64,000 nt of DNA. Origin: Micavibrio sp. GTDB taxonomy: Bacteria > Pseudomonadota > Alphaproteobacteria > UBA2400. Every line of letters begins with the position of its first letter. Positions within the stretch are counted from its first letter, which is position 1. Below are positions 1-9,770 of this stretch, one piece after another. The position numbers and the translations under genes were made by a program. The notes beneath the pieces were generated by a model. The model searched no databases. It was not told where the DNA came from and was given only the letters and a program-made list of their open reading frames with translations. The stretch lies in NCBI GenBank assembly GCA_040376705.1, contig JBEIQE010000010.1:246-64245 (forward strand), written 5' to 3'.

Positions 1-562
1 GTAAAAGGCGGGCGCAAATTGGCGCACCACCTCGCCATCGGCTCTAAAGCCGTGGCAGGTGTTGAGCAGCGGGAAGTTTTTGGGCTCGCCGCTCTCGCCT
101 GCTGCCACGCGCTTCTCTTTCGCTTCACGCGAGATGATGGGGTAGATGGTCTGGAACGCGGTGGTGGCCACCGGCCCCAGCAGCTCGGTTAAATGGGTGC
201 AGCCGTTCACGCCGCCCATGCGCTCTTTAATGGCCTTGGTCCAGCCCGGGCCAATCTTGAGGCCAACGATTTTGCCATAATCCGGCGCGATATGCGGGCA
301 GGTAGTAGGGAAGGGCGAGTAGTCAGTTACCGCCTCAACAGCCTTTACCGTCAGCGTATCGTCAAGCGTCAGGCGCAGCCACATCTCGTGCACCGGCAGA
401 CCGGCAGCAACCTCACCACGTGCATCGCTGGTGTAGTCGTAGGTTTTGCGATCAGTGATATGGCCCTCGATATCCCACAGGCCATCAGTGCGGCGGTAGC
501 CTTTACATTCAACCTGACGGCTGTGCTTATGATCGCGCGGTGCAGGGGGGGATAGCGGCATG
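1..562 (-). CDS. DUF2889-like protein (3' end beyond window edge)
   Basis: Absent from the ORF track because no stop is reached. Hand translation from ATG (562-560) gives MPLSPPAPRDHKHSRQVECKGYRRTDGLWDIEGHITD...MGGVNGCTHLTELLGPVATTAFQTIYP. GCTHLxELL / ATTAFQ is the signature I associate with DUF2889. Confidence 0.6.
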
Positions 563-608
563 AGAGCTCCAGTTACTTAAACGTAATATGGGCTAAAACC
601 ACTAAAGC

Positions 609-1907
609 TCAAGTCCCCGTATCGCTGCCATGCCGCTCATTGCGGCCCAAAGGCCAGACGCGCAGCTGCGTGACCTGGTTACGCAGACGGCGGATAATCT
701 CGAAGCGGAAGCCATGGAATTCAAACGTCTGGCCAATTTCGGGCACGCGGCGCGCCTCATGCAGCACCAGGCCAGCAATGGTTGCGGCATCGCTTTCCGG
801 CAGGCTCCATTCAAACTGGCGGTTCAGCTCACGCAGGGTTACACCACCATCAATCAGGAAAGAGCCGTTGGGCTGGCGGATCACCCCGGGCAGGTCGCTA
901 TCGGTTTCATCGCCGATGTCGCCCACAATTTCCTCAAGAATATCCTCAAGTGTCACGATGCCCTGCAGGCCACCATATTCATCCACGACCAGTGCAAAGT
1001 GTTCGCGCCGTGCACGGAACGCCTGTAGCTGCTCGAGCAGATTGGTCGATTCAGGAATGAACCACGGTTTGGTAGCAACCTTGGCCATGTCGATCTGCTC
1101 AAGATCGCCGCCCACACGCTGGATTTCTTTCAGCAGCGCTTTAGCATGCAGCACACCGATGATGTTTTCAGGAGCGCTTTTCCATAGCGGAATACGGGTA
1201 AAGCCGGTCTCGAGGGCCTGTTCCACAATCTGTGTAGCGGGCAGGCTGGCATCTACCGTATCGAGATTACGTCGATGGGTCATGATGTTTTTGACTTCGA
1301 CATTGCTCAGGTCGAGGATCGAGCGCAACATTGCGCGCTCCTGCGCTACATCTTCATCCGGCCCGCGATGCAGGTCAATCGCACCTTTCAGCTCATCGGC
1401 GTTAGAGGATACTGCAATTTCATTGGGATTGGCGCGACACAGAATGAGGATACCGCGTACGAGCGAGATAATACCCCATGTAAGGGGGGTAAGAATCCAC
1501 ATGAGAAAACGCATGATTGGCGCCACAGCCAGTGTGGCTGCTAGCGAATGATGGATGGCAAAAGTTTTTGGCAGAACTTCCGAGAAGATGAGCAGCGTTA
1601 CTGTAATCAGAAGCGTTGCAAAAACAGCGCCAGCACCGCTATCGCCCTCAAACACCTGTGTAAGCATGGCGGTTGCGGTGGCCGCAGCCGCAGTGTTGAC
1701 CATGTTGTTGCCAACCAGCAATGTGCTGAGGAGTTTTTCTTTCTGTTCGCGTAACGAATAGGCCAGCTTGGCTCTGTGGTTACCCTCTTGCCCCAGCTGG
1801 TGCAGACGTGCACGTGAGGCGGTGGTAATGGCCGTCTCAGTACCAGAGAAGAAGGCTGAGAGTATTTGTAAGAAAATGATGATGAGTGCGTAATGCCAGA
1901 TTTCCAT
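609..1907 (-). CDS. HlyC/CorC-family transporter (DUF21/CNNM membrane domain + CBS pair + CorC_HlyC domain)
   Basis: 432-aa ORF with an N-terminal multi-TM segment containing FFSGTETAI, a central CBS-like region and a C-terminal transporter-associated domain. It starts 2 nt downstream of the aroB stop. Confidence 0.85.
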   Translation of the reverse strand: MEIWHYALIIIFLQILSAFFSGTETAITTASRARLHQLGQEGNHRAKLAYSLREQKEKLLSTLLVGNNMVNTAAAATATAMLTQVFEGDSGAGAVFATLLITVTLLIFSEVLPKTFAIHHSLAATLAVAPIMRFLMWILTPLTWGIISLVRGILILCRANPNEIAVSSNADELKGAIDLHRGPDEDVAQERAMLRSILDLSNVEVKNIMTHRRNLDTVDASLPATQIVEQALETGFTRIPLWKSAPENIIGVLHAKALLKEIQRVGGDLEQIDMAKVATKPWFIPESTNLLEQLQAFRARREHFALVVDEYGGLQGIVTLEDILEEIVGDIGDETDSDLPGVIRQPNGSFLIDGGVTLRELNRQFEWSLPESDAATIAGLVLHEARRVPEIGQTFEFHGFRFEIIRRLRNQVTQLRVWPLGRNERHGSDTGT

Positions 1908-1909
1908 AT

Positions 1910-3019
1910 TTAATTCTCCTGTGTGCCAAGAACAGGGAGTACCTGTGCCGGGTCGATACCGCGTGAAATGAAAGTCTGGCCGATGCCGCGGGCGAGAATG
2001 AAGGTCAGCTTGCCGTCTTCCACTTTTTTGTCGTGGTACATATGCTCAAGCAGCTTTTGGGGCGCGGTGTCCTTGCATGGCGTATCGGCGATGCTGGCTG
2101 GCATACCTACGCTCTTGAAGTGCGCGGCAAGATTGGGGGCCAACTCAGGGCTGCACAAACCAAGGCGGGCCGAGAGCTCAAGCGCTAGTACCATGCCCAC
2201 AGCCACAGCTTCGCCATGCAGCAGGCCTGCGCCATACCCAGCTTCGGCCTCCAGCGCATGGGCAAAAGTATGGCCAAAATTAAGCAACATGCGTGGGCCG
2301 CTCTCCAGCTCATCTGCTGCGACAATACGTGCTTTGGCAGCACAGCTATGAGCAATTGCGTATTCGCGGGTGGTGTTATCGCCTGCCATCAGCTTCTCGC
2401 TATTGGCAAGGCACCAGTTGTAAAACTCGGCATCATCAATCAGGCCGTATTTGATGATCTCGGCATAGCCTGCCAGCATTTCGCGGCGGGGCAGGGTGTT
2501 CAGCACATCAGTATCAATCAGCACGGCGCGGGGCTGGTGGAAGGCGCCGAGCAGGTTCTTGCCGTGGCGGGTGTTAATGCCGGTCTTGCCACCAACCGAG
2601 CTATCGACCTGCGCTAACAGCGTGGTTGGAATCTGGATGAAGTCCACCCCGCGCAGCACGGTAGCCGCAGCAAAGCCTGCCAGATCGCCTACCACGCCGC
2701 CACCTAAGGCGATTACCGTCACGCTGCGCTCCATCGCGCGGTCCAGCATCTGCTCGATCAAATCTTCAAAGCCCGCGAGGCTTTTGGTTTGCTCGCCGGT
2801 GGCGACCACAATAGGCTCGGCTACATCGATACTGCCAGCCTTTAGGCTGCTCACCAGATTCTCGAGATGCAGTTTGGCGACTGACTTATCGGTAATAATA
2901 ATCGCGCGCGGGCTGCGTAATACGGGCTTGAGCACGCTGCCTGCCTGCTGCATCAGCCCCTGACCGATATGAATGTCATAACTACGGCCACCCAGGGCTA
3001 CTTTAACGGTGCTGCTCAT
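1910..3019 (-). CDS. aroB: 3-dehydroquinate synthase
   Basis: 369 aa. Has the nucleotide-binding GGGVVGDLAGFAAAT motif and the metal-site motif NFGHTFAHALE. Its start overlaps the aroK stop (3016-3019). Confidence 0.95.
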   Translation of the reverse strand: MSSTVKVALGGRSYDIHIGQGLMQQAGSVLKPVLRSPRAIIITDKSVAKLHLENLVSSLKAGSIDVAEPIVVATGEQTKSLAGFEDLIEQMLDRAMERSVTVIALGGGVVGDLAGFAAATVLRGVDFIQIPTTLLAQVDSSVGGKTGINTRHGKNLLGAFHQPRAVLIDTDVLNTLPRREMLAGYAEIIKYGLIDDAEFYNWCLANSEKLMAGDNTTREYAIAHSCAAKARIVAADELESGPRMLLNFGHTFAHALEAEAGYGAGLLHGEAVAVGMVLALELSARLGLCSPELAPNLAAHFKSVGMPASIADTPCKDTAPQKLLEHMYHDKKVEDGKLTFILARGIGQTFISRGIDPAQVLPVLGTQEN

Positions 3020-3624
3020 GCTGTGTGCTCCAGATGATTTTGTAAGGCGCTTAAAACGCGTTTAACGGTATGTGCAATCGGGCTATCGTCGACGGTGATG
3101 ATCAGGTCGGCGGTGCTGTAAGTGGCTTCGCGCGCCGCCAGTAGCGCTGTGAGTTTGCCAGCGGGGTCATCGCCCTGCAGCAGCGGGCGGCTGGTATTAC
3201 CAGCCGTGCGCTTGACCAGCAGGCTGACATCTGCCTTCAGCCAGATGGAGAGGCCGTTTTGTTTGATCAGATCGTGGTTGCGCGGCTGCACAAATGCCCC
3301 GCCGCCAGTGGCCAGTACATGCGCATCTGGCCGCAGCAAAAAGCGCTTGAGGGTTTCGTGCTCAAGGTCGCGGAAGGCAGCTTCGCCCTGTTTGGCAAAA
3401 ATATCCGGGATGCTCTGGTGGGTGGTGGCTTCAATTTCCACATCGGTATCGGCAAAGGGCAGGCCCAGTTTTTGGGCCAGCGCGTGGCCCACAGAGCTTT
3501 TGCCAGCCCCCATCATACCTACCAGAACCAGGGTGCGGGTGGGCTTCAGGGCCGGATTTTTTGGTAAGTCGCTCATTCTGCGGCGAAAATAGCAATAGCC
3601 TTGGCCCGTGCCAATGCTATTCAT
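3016..3624 (-). CDS. aroK: shikimate kinase
   Basis: P-loop GMMGAGKSSVG, in the usual aroK-aroB order. The start is ambiguous between ATG 3624 and ATG 3576 (MSDLPKNP...). Confidence 0.9.
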   Translation of the reverse strand: MNSIGTGQGYCYFRRRMSDLPKNPALKPTRTLVLVGMMGAGKSSVGHALAQKLGLPFADTDVEIEATTHQSIPDIFAKQGEAAFRDLEHETLKRFLLRPDAHVLATGGGAFVQPRNHDLIKQNGLSIWLKADVSLLVKRTAGNTSRPLLQGDDPAGKLTALLAAREATYSTADLIITVDDSPIAHTVKRVLSALQNHLEHTA

Positions 3625-3629
3625 AGGGC

Positions 3630-3824
3630 ATGAGCAAACATCGTCATCGTTCCCATTATCAGGGAAATACCGGAAACCCGCTCGGGACCATCATCAAGTA
3701 TCTGGCCCTGCTGGTTATATTGGCTGGCGTCGGGGGAGTAACCTGGCTGGCTCTTACGCCTATGGACGCGCCCACCAAAGAGGTAGTGCGCGCCGTGCCC
3801 AGTGAGCAGCTTGGCCCCACCTAA
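3630..3824 (+). CDS. possible small membrane protein (64 aa)
   Basis: ATG ORF in the aroK-xerD gap, with a basic N-terminus followed by one hydrophobic helix (IIKYLALLVILAGVGGVTWLAL). It overlaps the GTG-extended xerD ORF by 23 nt, so either this ORF or the xerD start is mis-set. Confidence 0.3.
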   Translation: MSKHRHRSHYQGNTGNPLGTIIKYLALLVILAGVGGVTWLALTPMDAPTKEVVRAVPSEQLGPT

Positions 3825-4776
3825 GCCAGCTGCACGCAAACGGGGCCGTCCATTAGGGGCGGCTGTACCCGTGCCCCCTGTTCTGGATGCTTTTCTCGCT
3901 GCCATGGCGGCTGAGCGTGGCACAGCGCGCGCTACGATTAGCGCCTATAAGCGCGATTTAATGGCTGTGCATGCCGTGGTGGGCGATCTGGCCACAGCCC
4001 GTAGCGATGACTTACGCGTATTCATTGGCAAGCAGACAGCAGCCGGTATGGATGCGCGCACCTTGCAGCGCCGCCTTTCGGCCCTGCGCCAGTTCTATAA
4101 GTTTTTGCTGACCGAGAACATCATTACAGCTGATCCGACCGCCGGGCTTGAATCGCCGCGCCTTGGCCGCCGCCTGCCGGGTGTGCTGAGTGAGGCTGAG
4201 GTGATTAGCCTGCTTGATACCGCAGCTGCCAATAAAAGTGATGAGGGCTTACGTTTAAGCGCATTGTTAGAACTACTCTACGCCACTGGCCTGCGTGTGA
4301 GCGAACTGGTGGGCCTGCCCATGGCCGCGCTTGAGCAGGCAGGCCAGCTGGTGCGTGTGAAGGGCAAAGGCGGCAAAGAGCGCATGGTGCCGCTTACCGG
4401 CCCTGCGCGTGAGGCGATTGTCACATATATGCAGGCACGCCCGCGCTTTTTGGGTAGTAAACCCAGCGCTACAGCACAGCGGGTCTTATTCCCGTCAAAC
4501 GGTGGTACTGGCGCGCTCACCCGTCAGCGCTTTGGCCAGCTGCTGAAAGAGCTGGCAGTAAATGCGGGGATCATGCCCAGCAAGGTCAGCCCGCATAAGC
4601 TGCGGCATGCTTTTGCTACGCATCTGCTTAGCCATGGGGCTGACTTGCGCTCGGTGCAAAAGCTGCTCGGGCATAGTGATATTGCCACCACACAGATTTA
4701 CACTCATGTGCTTTCAGAGCGTTTAGTGAGTGCGCTTGAGAAGCACCCGCTAGCGCGCCAGCGTAAAAAGGGTTAA
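3802..4776 (+). CDS. xerD: tyrosine site-specific recombinase, XerD-type
   Basis: C-terminal catalytic motifs LRHAFATHLL and GHSDIATTQIYTHV, and an N-terminal core-binding domain (TISAYKRDL). The position between aroK and accA is typical of alphaproteobacterial xerD. The GTG start from the track is uncertain. Confidence 0.85.
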   Translation: MSSLAPPKPAARKRGRPLGAAVPVPPVLDAFLAAMAAERGTARATISAYKRDLMAVHAVVGDLATARSDDLRVFIGKQTAAGMDARTLQRRLSALRQFYKFLLTENIITADPTAGLESPRLGRRLPGVLSEAEVISLLDTAAANKSDEGLRLSALLELLYATGLRVSELVGLPMAALEQAGQLVRVKGKGGKERMVPLTGPAREAIVTYMQARPRFLGSKPSATAQRVLFPSNGGTGALTRQRFGQLLKELAVNAGIMPSKVSPHKLRHAFATHLLSHGADLRSVQKLLGHSDIATTQIYTHVLSERLVSALEKHPLARQRKKG

Positions 4777-4804
4777 ATTACGCTTCGTCAATCAGGAGCG
4801 ACGC

Positions 4805-5125
4805 ATGATTCTTTCAACCCTCGAAAATCTTCCCGGTCTTACCATTACCCAGCATCTGGGTATCGCCAGCGGTTCGACCGTGCGCTCCAAGCATTTTGGC
4901 CGCGATATCATGGCGGGCTTCAAGAACATCGTGGGCGGCGAGCTCAAGGGCTATACCGAGCTGCTGAATGAATCGCGCCTGCAGGCTATCGAGCGCCTTA
5001 AAGAGCAGGCTGCCGGTATGGGGGCGGATGCTGTACTCAATATCCGCTTTGGTACGTCTTCAATTGCGGCTGGTGCGGCCGAAGTGTTTGCTTATGGTAC
5101 CGCCGTTAAAGTGAGCCGCGTTTAA
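4805..5125 (+). CDS. YbjQ/UPF0145 family protein
   Basis: 106 aa. Pattern GGELKGYTELL...A...L...A...GADAVLNIRF...GTAV is typical of YbjQ-like proteins. Confidence 0.85.
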   Translation: MILSTLENLPGLTITQHLGIASGSTVRSKHFGRDIMAGFKNIVGGELKGYTELLNESRLQAIERLKEQAAGMGADAVLNIRFGTSSIAAGAAEVFAYGTAVKVSRV

Positions 5126-5625
5126 TGGCAGATTTGTTCTTCATCTTCTGGGCTGTTATACCGCTTATCATCGGGTATGTGGTGGGCACGCTGCTGGAGC
5201 AGAAGCATTATGCCTCCATCCGCAAGCGTGAGCAGGAGATGCTTGATAAGGCGCTGGTTTTTAACCTCCCCAATGCCCCTATCATGGCGGGCGCGCCGCA
5301 GCTGCGCCTCGTCGCGGGCTCGGTAGTTGTATCGGTTGATGCGTTCAAGCGTATGGCAGCCAAGCTGCACTCCTTCTTTGGTGGGCGGGTAACGGCGTAT
5401 GAAAGCCTGCTCGACCGCGGCCGCCGCGAAGCCATTTTGCGCATGCGCGAAAAGGCACACGAGCTGGGCGCTACCATGGTATTCGGCCTGCGCCTTGAAA
5501 CATCGGGTATCAATAATGGCGATCCGCGCCTGACCACAGGTATTGAACTGATTGCTTATGGCACTGCTATTATCCCTGATTCTACAGTAACCGGCACCGC
5601 GGCGCCGTGGGGCACCAGAGCTTAG
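5125..5625 (+). CDS. YbjQ-like domain protein with N-terminal transmembrane helix
   Basis: 166 aa. The ATG overlaps the upstream stop (TAATG at 5122-5127). TM helix FFIFWAVIPLIIGYVVGTLL, then a YbjQ-like core (FFGGRVTAYESLL...GATMVFGLRLE...AYGTAI). Confidence 0.7.
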   Translation: MADLFFIFWAVIPLIIGYVVGTLLEQKHYASIRKREQEMLDKALVFNLPNAPIMAGAPQLRLVAGSVVVSVDAFKRMAAKLHSFFGGRVTAYESLLDRGRREAILRMREKAHELGATMVFGLRLETSGINNGDPRLTTGIELIAYGTAIIPDSTVTGTAAPWGTRA

Positions 5626-5627
5626 GC

Positions 5628-6470
5628 ATGGGGTATGAAAACCGCCTGCCGCCTGAGGGCATCAACGTCGGTAAAACCAATATACTGGCCGAGGTCTTCT
5701 GGCTGCTGATTGGCTTTGCCATCAGCGTTATCGGCCTTGTCATCTTTCTTTATCTGCTCGGTACGGTGCTGGCCTCTTACATTCCGTTCAGCTGGGAGCT
5801 GAAGCTGACACAAAGCTTCTCTCGCTATACCAGCGAGGCGCGCCAAGACCGGCGTTCGCAAACCTTACAAGAGATGGCCGATGCCATGGCCAAAGGCATG
5901 GACCTGCCCGAGGGTATGGTCTTTAACGTCAAGTACGTCGATGACGAAGAGGTGAATGCCTACGCCACTGTAGGCGGCATCATCATGCTCCATCGCGGCC
6001 TGCTCGATCAGCTGCATAGTGAAAACGCTATCGCCATGGTGCTGGCGCATGAGATGGCGCATATCATTCACCGCGACCCTGCGCAGGCGGTGGGTGGGCG
6101 GCTGTTGGTCTCTATCGCCATCAACCTGCTGGCTGGGGTCGTGGGGCTTGATGGGCTGGATAGTCTGGCCGGCACCACCAGTTCGCTGGCGCTGCTCACC
6201 TTCTCGCGTGAGGCCGAGCGGCGGGCCGATGTCACCGGCCTGCAGCTGGTGGGCAAGCGTTATGGCCATATGGGTGGCGTAGGGGAAGTTTACGAAAAAC
6301 TGGCCGCCTATGAGGCCAGAACCGGCCTGAGCGTGCCCGAATTCATGGCCAGTCACCCCGAAACCGCTGGCCGTACCGACACTTTGCGCGCAGAAGCGCA
6401 GAAAATGGGCATCCCCCTCGACGGGCCGTTAACACCTATACCCGCTGGCTTGCGTTTAGGCCGGAAATAG
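5628..6470 (+). CDS. M48-family zinc metallopeptidase
   Basis: HExxH motif in [12 protein letters not shown] and N-terminal TM helices. ATG 5628 lies 2 nt after the upstream stop; the track's GTG 5607 would overlap. Confidence 0.85.
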   Translation: MGYENRLPPEGINVGKTNILAEVFWLLIGFAISVIGLVIFLYLLGTVLASYIPFSWELKLTQSFSRYTSEARQDRRSQTLQEMADAMAKGMDLPEGMVFNVKYVDDEEVNAYATVGGIIMLHRGLLDQLHSENAIAMVLAHEMAHIIHRDPAQAVGGRLLVSIAINLLAGVVGLDGLDSLAGTTSSLALLTFSREAERRADVTGLQLVGKRYGHMGGVGEVYEKLAAYEARTGLSVPEFMASHPETAGRTDTLRAEAQKMGIPLDGPLTPIPAGLRLGRK

Positions 6471-6484
6471 GCCATATCTGCCGC

Positions 6485-7435
6485 ATGTCGACCTTAGATT
6501 TTGAACAGCCGATTGCCGAGCTTGAGGCTAAAAAAGAAGAACTTCGCCGCCTGACGGGTGCTGGCGATATGGACATTGCCGAAGAGGTTTCGCGCCTCGA
6601 GAAGAAGATCGAGCGTCTTCTGAAAGAAAATTATGCGCGCCTCACCCCCGCCCAGAAAGTGCAGGTGGCCCGCCACCCTAACCGCCCGCACGCGCAGGAT
6701 TATATCGACGCGCTGATTACTGATTTCCAGCCGCTCGCCGGCGACCGCCACTTTGCCGAAGACCGCGCGATTGTGGGTGGTATTGGCCGTTTCAAGGGTC
6801 AGGCTGTGGTTATCATGGGTCAAGAGCGTGGCCATGATACCGAAACCCGTGTGAAGCATAACTTTGGCATGGCGCGCCCCGAGGGCTACCGCAAGGCGCA
6901 GCGCCTTATGGCTCTGGCCGACCGTTTTGGCCTTCCCATCATTACACTGGTTGATACCGCAGGTGCCTATCCCGGAGTTGGCGCTGAAGAGCGCGGTCAG
7001 GCCGAGGCGATTGCCAAGAGCATCGAGAGCTGCCTGCGCGCCGAAGTGCCAATTGTTACTGTGGTTATTGGTGAAGGTGGCTCGGGTGGTGCGATTGCAA
7101 TTGCTACCGGCGATCGCATCTTCATGCTTGAGCACTCAATCTACTCTGTTATCTCGCCCGAAGGCTGCGCGTCCATTCTCTGGCGCTCGCCCACCCATGC
7201 GGTAGAAGCTGCGCAGGCGCTTAAGCTGACCGCGCAGGATCTCAAGCAGCTTGGTGTGATTGATGCCGTCATCGAAGAGCCGGTTGGTGGTGCACACCGC
7301 AACCGCAAGGACATGATCGAGCGTGTCGGTAACCAGATTGAAGCCGCACTGGCCGATCTCTCGGGCCGCAACGTTGCTGCCCTCAAGCAGGAGCGGCGCC
7401 AGAAATTCCTCGGCATGGGCCAAAAGGGTCTCTAG
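6485..7435 (+). CDS. accA: acetyl-CoA carboxylase carboxyltransferase subunit alpha
   Basis: 316 aa with full-length AccA-like sequence (HPNRPH..., [26 protein letters not shown]-type motif [11 protein letters not shown]). Confidence 0.95.
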   Translation: MSTLDFEQPIAELEAKKEELRRLTGAGDMDIAEEVSRLEKKIERLLKENYARLTPAQKVQVARHPNRPHAQDYIDALITDFQPLAGDRHFAEDRAIVGGIGRFKGQAVVIMGQERGHDTETRVKHNFGMARPEGYRKAQRLMALADRFGLPIITLVDTAGAYPGVGAEERGQAEAIAKSIESCLRAEVPIVTVVIGEGGSGGAIAIATGDRIFMLEHSIYSVISPEGCASILWRSPTHAVEAAQALKLTAQDLKQLGVIDAVIEEPVGGAHRNRKDMIERVGNQIEAALADLSGRNVAALKQERRQKFLGMGQKGL

Positions 7436-7456
7436 CACGCTTTAAAAGGACATCTC

Positions 7457-7990
7457 TTGCGCACATTGATCATCCTCGTTGCTCTCATCGCCGGCTTTAT
7501 CAGCGGCTGGCGTGAGCAGCACAAAGAGGGTAGTGAGCCTGTTGCGGGTATGCGCAGCGATTGCGCTTCAAACATCAGCACCGATAAAGTGGCCAGTTGG
7601 GCGGCTGAAGCTGTGGTGCGTGCCTATAACTTCAGGGTTGGCCAAGAGGCTGCTGTAACTTCCGACACATCATTGTTTTCTGCAGATGGCTGGAATGGCC
7701 TGATGAGCGCTGGCCGTAGCTCTGGTTTGCTGGGCAAGCAGGGGCTGAGTGCTGATTATGGGGTTGATTACGTGAACCTGCAGGTTACGGGTGCGGTTGA
7801 TGCCCAGCAGATTGATGCGGGCGGTAATGGTTATCCCAACGCCTGGTGGGTAGTTATGCCTGTTACCATGGGCCCGGCTGGTGCCCGCCTTGCAGGCCCC
7901 ATGAAGCTTGAGCTTTCGGTTGAGTGCAGCTCAGCCAAGTCAGCCATGCCCTTGGCAATCGACCAGTGGGTTATGTCGATAGCGAAGTGA
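7457..7990 (+). CDS. hypothetical membrane-anchored/exported protein (177 aa)
   Basis: TTG start 6 nt after AAGGA, with an N-terminal hydrophobic helix LIILVALIAGFISGW. No motif recognised with certainty. Confidence 0.55.
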   Translation: MRTLIILVALIAGFISGWREQHKEGSEPVAGMRSDCASNISTDKVASWAAEAVVRAYNFRVGQEAAVTSDTSLFSADGWNGLMSAGRSSGLLGKQGLSADYGVDYVNLQVTGAVDAQQIDAGGNGYPNAWWVVMPVTMGPAGARLAGPMKLELSVECSSAKSAMPLAIDQWVMSIAK

Positions 7991-9208
7991 TTACTCTGTA
8001 ACGTCTTCGCTCTCTTGGTGCGCGTAATCGAGTGCGGCGATGGGCTTGCTCACTGTTACGCCGCGTTTCCTGAAGCTTTCAACCCGCTTGATCACATTAC
8101 CGGGGCCGGTGGCCAGCTGGCCGATGGCTTTGTCATAGGCTGTGCGGGTCTGCTCAATGTTCTTGCCAACGGTATTAAGGCTCTCAACCACTAACCGCAG
8201 CTTGTCGTAAAGGTCGGCCGCTTCCTTGGCAATTTCATTGGCGTTACGCTCAAGCTTCTCGCCCTGCCAGATGCTTTGTAGCGTGTGCAGGGTCATCATC
8301 AGGCTGTTGGGGCCAACCATGGCGATGCGCTTTTTCCACGCATAGGCCTGCAGGCCGGCATCGTTATCCAGCGCAATCGCGAGGGCCGATTCAATCGGGA
8401 TGAACATCAGCACAAAGTCATGTGCAATCAGCTTGTCGTTATCCTGATATTTCTTGCCCGACAGGTCATCGATATGGCGCTTAACGGCAGCGATATACTG
8501 TGCGCGCAGAACGGCCTCGTTCTCCTCAGTCGCTGCACACAGCTCAAGGTAGCTGTTCAGCGTTACCTTTGAATCGATGATGATATGCTTGCCCTGCGGC
8601 ATGCGGATGATCACATCCGGCTGCTGGCGGCGGCCATCGTCATTCTTCAGGTCCAGCTCACGGCCTTGAGTAATGTAGTCATATTCCGACAGGCCTGAAT
8701 CGCGCAAAATATTCTCAAGCGTCACTTCGCCCCAGTTACCGCGCTTCTTGGCATCGCCCTTGAGTGCGCTGGTGAGGTTATTGGCGGCGGCATTGGTCTG
8801 CTGGTTCATCTGCATCGCGAGTTCAATTTGTTTGGCAAGGCCAATGCGCTCGCGTGATTCATGCCCGTAAACTTCCTCGACTTTCTTCTCGAAGGTGGTG
8901 AGGCGCTCTTTCACTGGAGTGAGAATGGCATCCAGCCCTTGTTGCGACTTAACCTGCAGCTGCTCGGAGGTTTTTTGCAGCACGGTGTTGGCGTTATTCT
9001 CGAACCACACTTTCATGTTCTCCTGCTGCTGCGTAGCGGCAGTGAGGTTGGCCTTGGCAGTGGCCAGCTCAGCCATCAGCGCGCTGCGCTCTTGCGCGGC
9101 AAGATCGTTGGCTTTCAAAAGGCGTTCGCTCTGTTTGGCAGACGCGTAAAACCAGACGCTAACACCAGTAAGAAGGGCTGAGATGAGGGCGGCTAAGAGA
9201 ATATCCAT
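7991..9208 (-). CDS. rmuC: DNA recombination protein RmuC
   Basis: N-terminal TM, a long coiled coil and a C-terminal nuclease-like core (PDVIIRMPQGKHIIIDSKV, HDFVLMFIPIE). ATG 9208 is preferred over the track's TTG 9244, which lies inside the upstream terminator hairpin. Confidence 0.9.
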   Translation of the reverse strand: MDILLAALISALLTGVSVWFYASAKQSERLLKANDLAAQERSALMAELATAKANLTAATQQQENMKVWFENNANTVLQKTSEQLQVKSQQGLDAILTPVKERLTTFEKKVEEVYGHESRERIGLAKQIELAMQMNQQTNAAANNLTSALKGDAKKRGNWGEVTLENILRDSGLSEYDYITQGRELDLKNDDGRRQQPDVIIRMPQGKHIIIDSKVTLNSYLELCAATEENEAVLRAQYIAAVKRHIDDLSGKKYQDNDKLIAHDFVLMFIPIESALAIALDNDAGLQAYAWKKRIAMVGPNSLMMTLHTLQSIWQGEKLERNANEIAKEAADLYDKLRLVVESLNTVGKNIEQTRTAYDKAIGQLATGPGNVIKRVESFRKRGVTVSKPIAALDYAHQESEDVTE

Positions 9209-9239
9209 GCGCCGGATTGTGGACAAAAGAGGAACGAAA

Positions 9240-9260
9240 GGCAACCGGAATCAGGTTGCC
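9240..9260 (-). terminator. probable intrinsic terminator of the 9286-9663 gene
   Basis: Perfect 7-bp stem ggcaacc/ggttgcc with a 7-nt loop. On the minus strand it is followed by the T-rich TTTCGTTCCTCTTTTG. Confidence 0.45.
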
Positions 9261-9285
9261 CTAAAAGTTCAATTAATGTTGGAAA

Positions 9286-9663
9286 TCAAGGCGTAGGCTT
9301 AGCTGCGTGTTTTGCTTTGGCAGCAGCTAGCACCTGATTCGGAGTCGCGCCGCAAGCAACACCTACCTTGCCAGCCGCCTCGGTCAATTGGTCGATACCG
9401 TCATTTCGCAATGATTGATGGTATTTATGTTCAGCAGCCTGCAGTTCCGCTTTAGTGCCTGTAAGCGGTTGATTGGCGACTGCTGCTATATGCATCATGC
9501 CCCGCCCAGCAATAGCGCCTAAGTAGCCTCGATAGGCTTCGTCGCACGCTTGGCTGTTGATTTTTGTATCAGGCCTAATTGTTTGAGCAAAACCAGAAGA
9601 GGCTGTAGTGGCCATGGCAAACGCTGCAGCACTGGCTGAGAGAATTTGTGTGAGTTTGCTCAT
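9286..9663 (-). CDS. hypothetical secreted protein (125 aa)
   Basis: Sec-type signal peptide MSKLTQILSASAAAFAMATTASSGFA; two Cys; no recognisable domain. Confidence 0.6.
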   Translation of the reverse strand: MSKLTQILSASAAAFAMATTASSGFAQTIRPDTKINSQACDEAYRGYLGAIAGRGMMHIAAVANQPLTGTKAELQAAEHKYHQSLRNDGIDQLTEAAGKVGVACGATPNQVLAAAKAKHAAKPTP

Positions 9664-9770
9664 GGTGTTGCGCTTTCTGTTAAAATTTTATGGTCCAACT
9701 TATCAAAAAGCTCAGGCCCAGGTAAAGCGCTATGGCAGGAAATTAACCTTAACGAGATTTCACACGGCTA

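Noticed and set aside
9242-9244. TTG start for rmuC, as given by the ORF track.
   Set aside because: The codon sits inside the 7-bp terminator stem of the upstream gene. The in-frame ATG at 9208, directly before the N-terminal TM helix, is more plausible.
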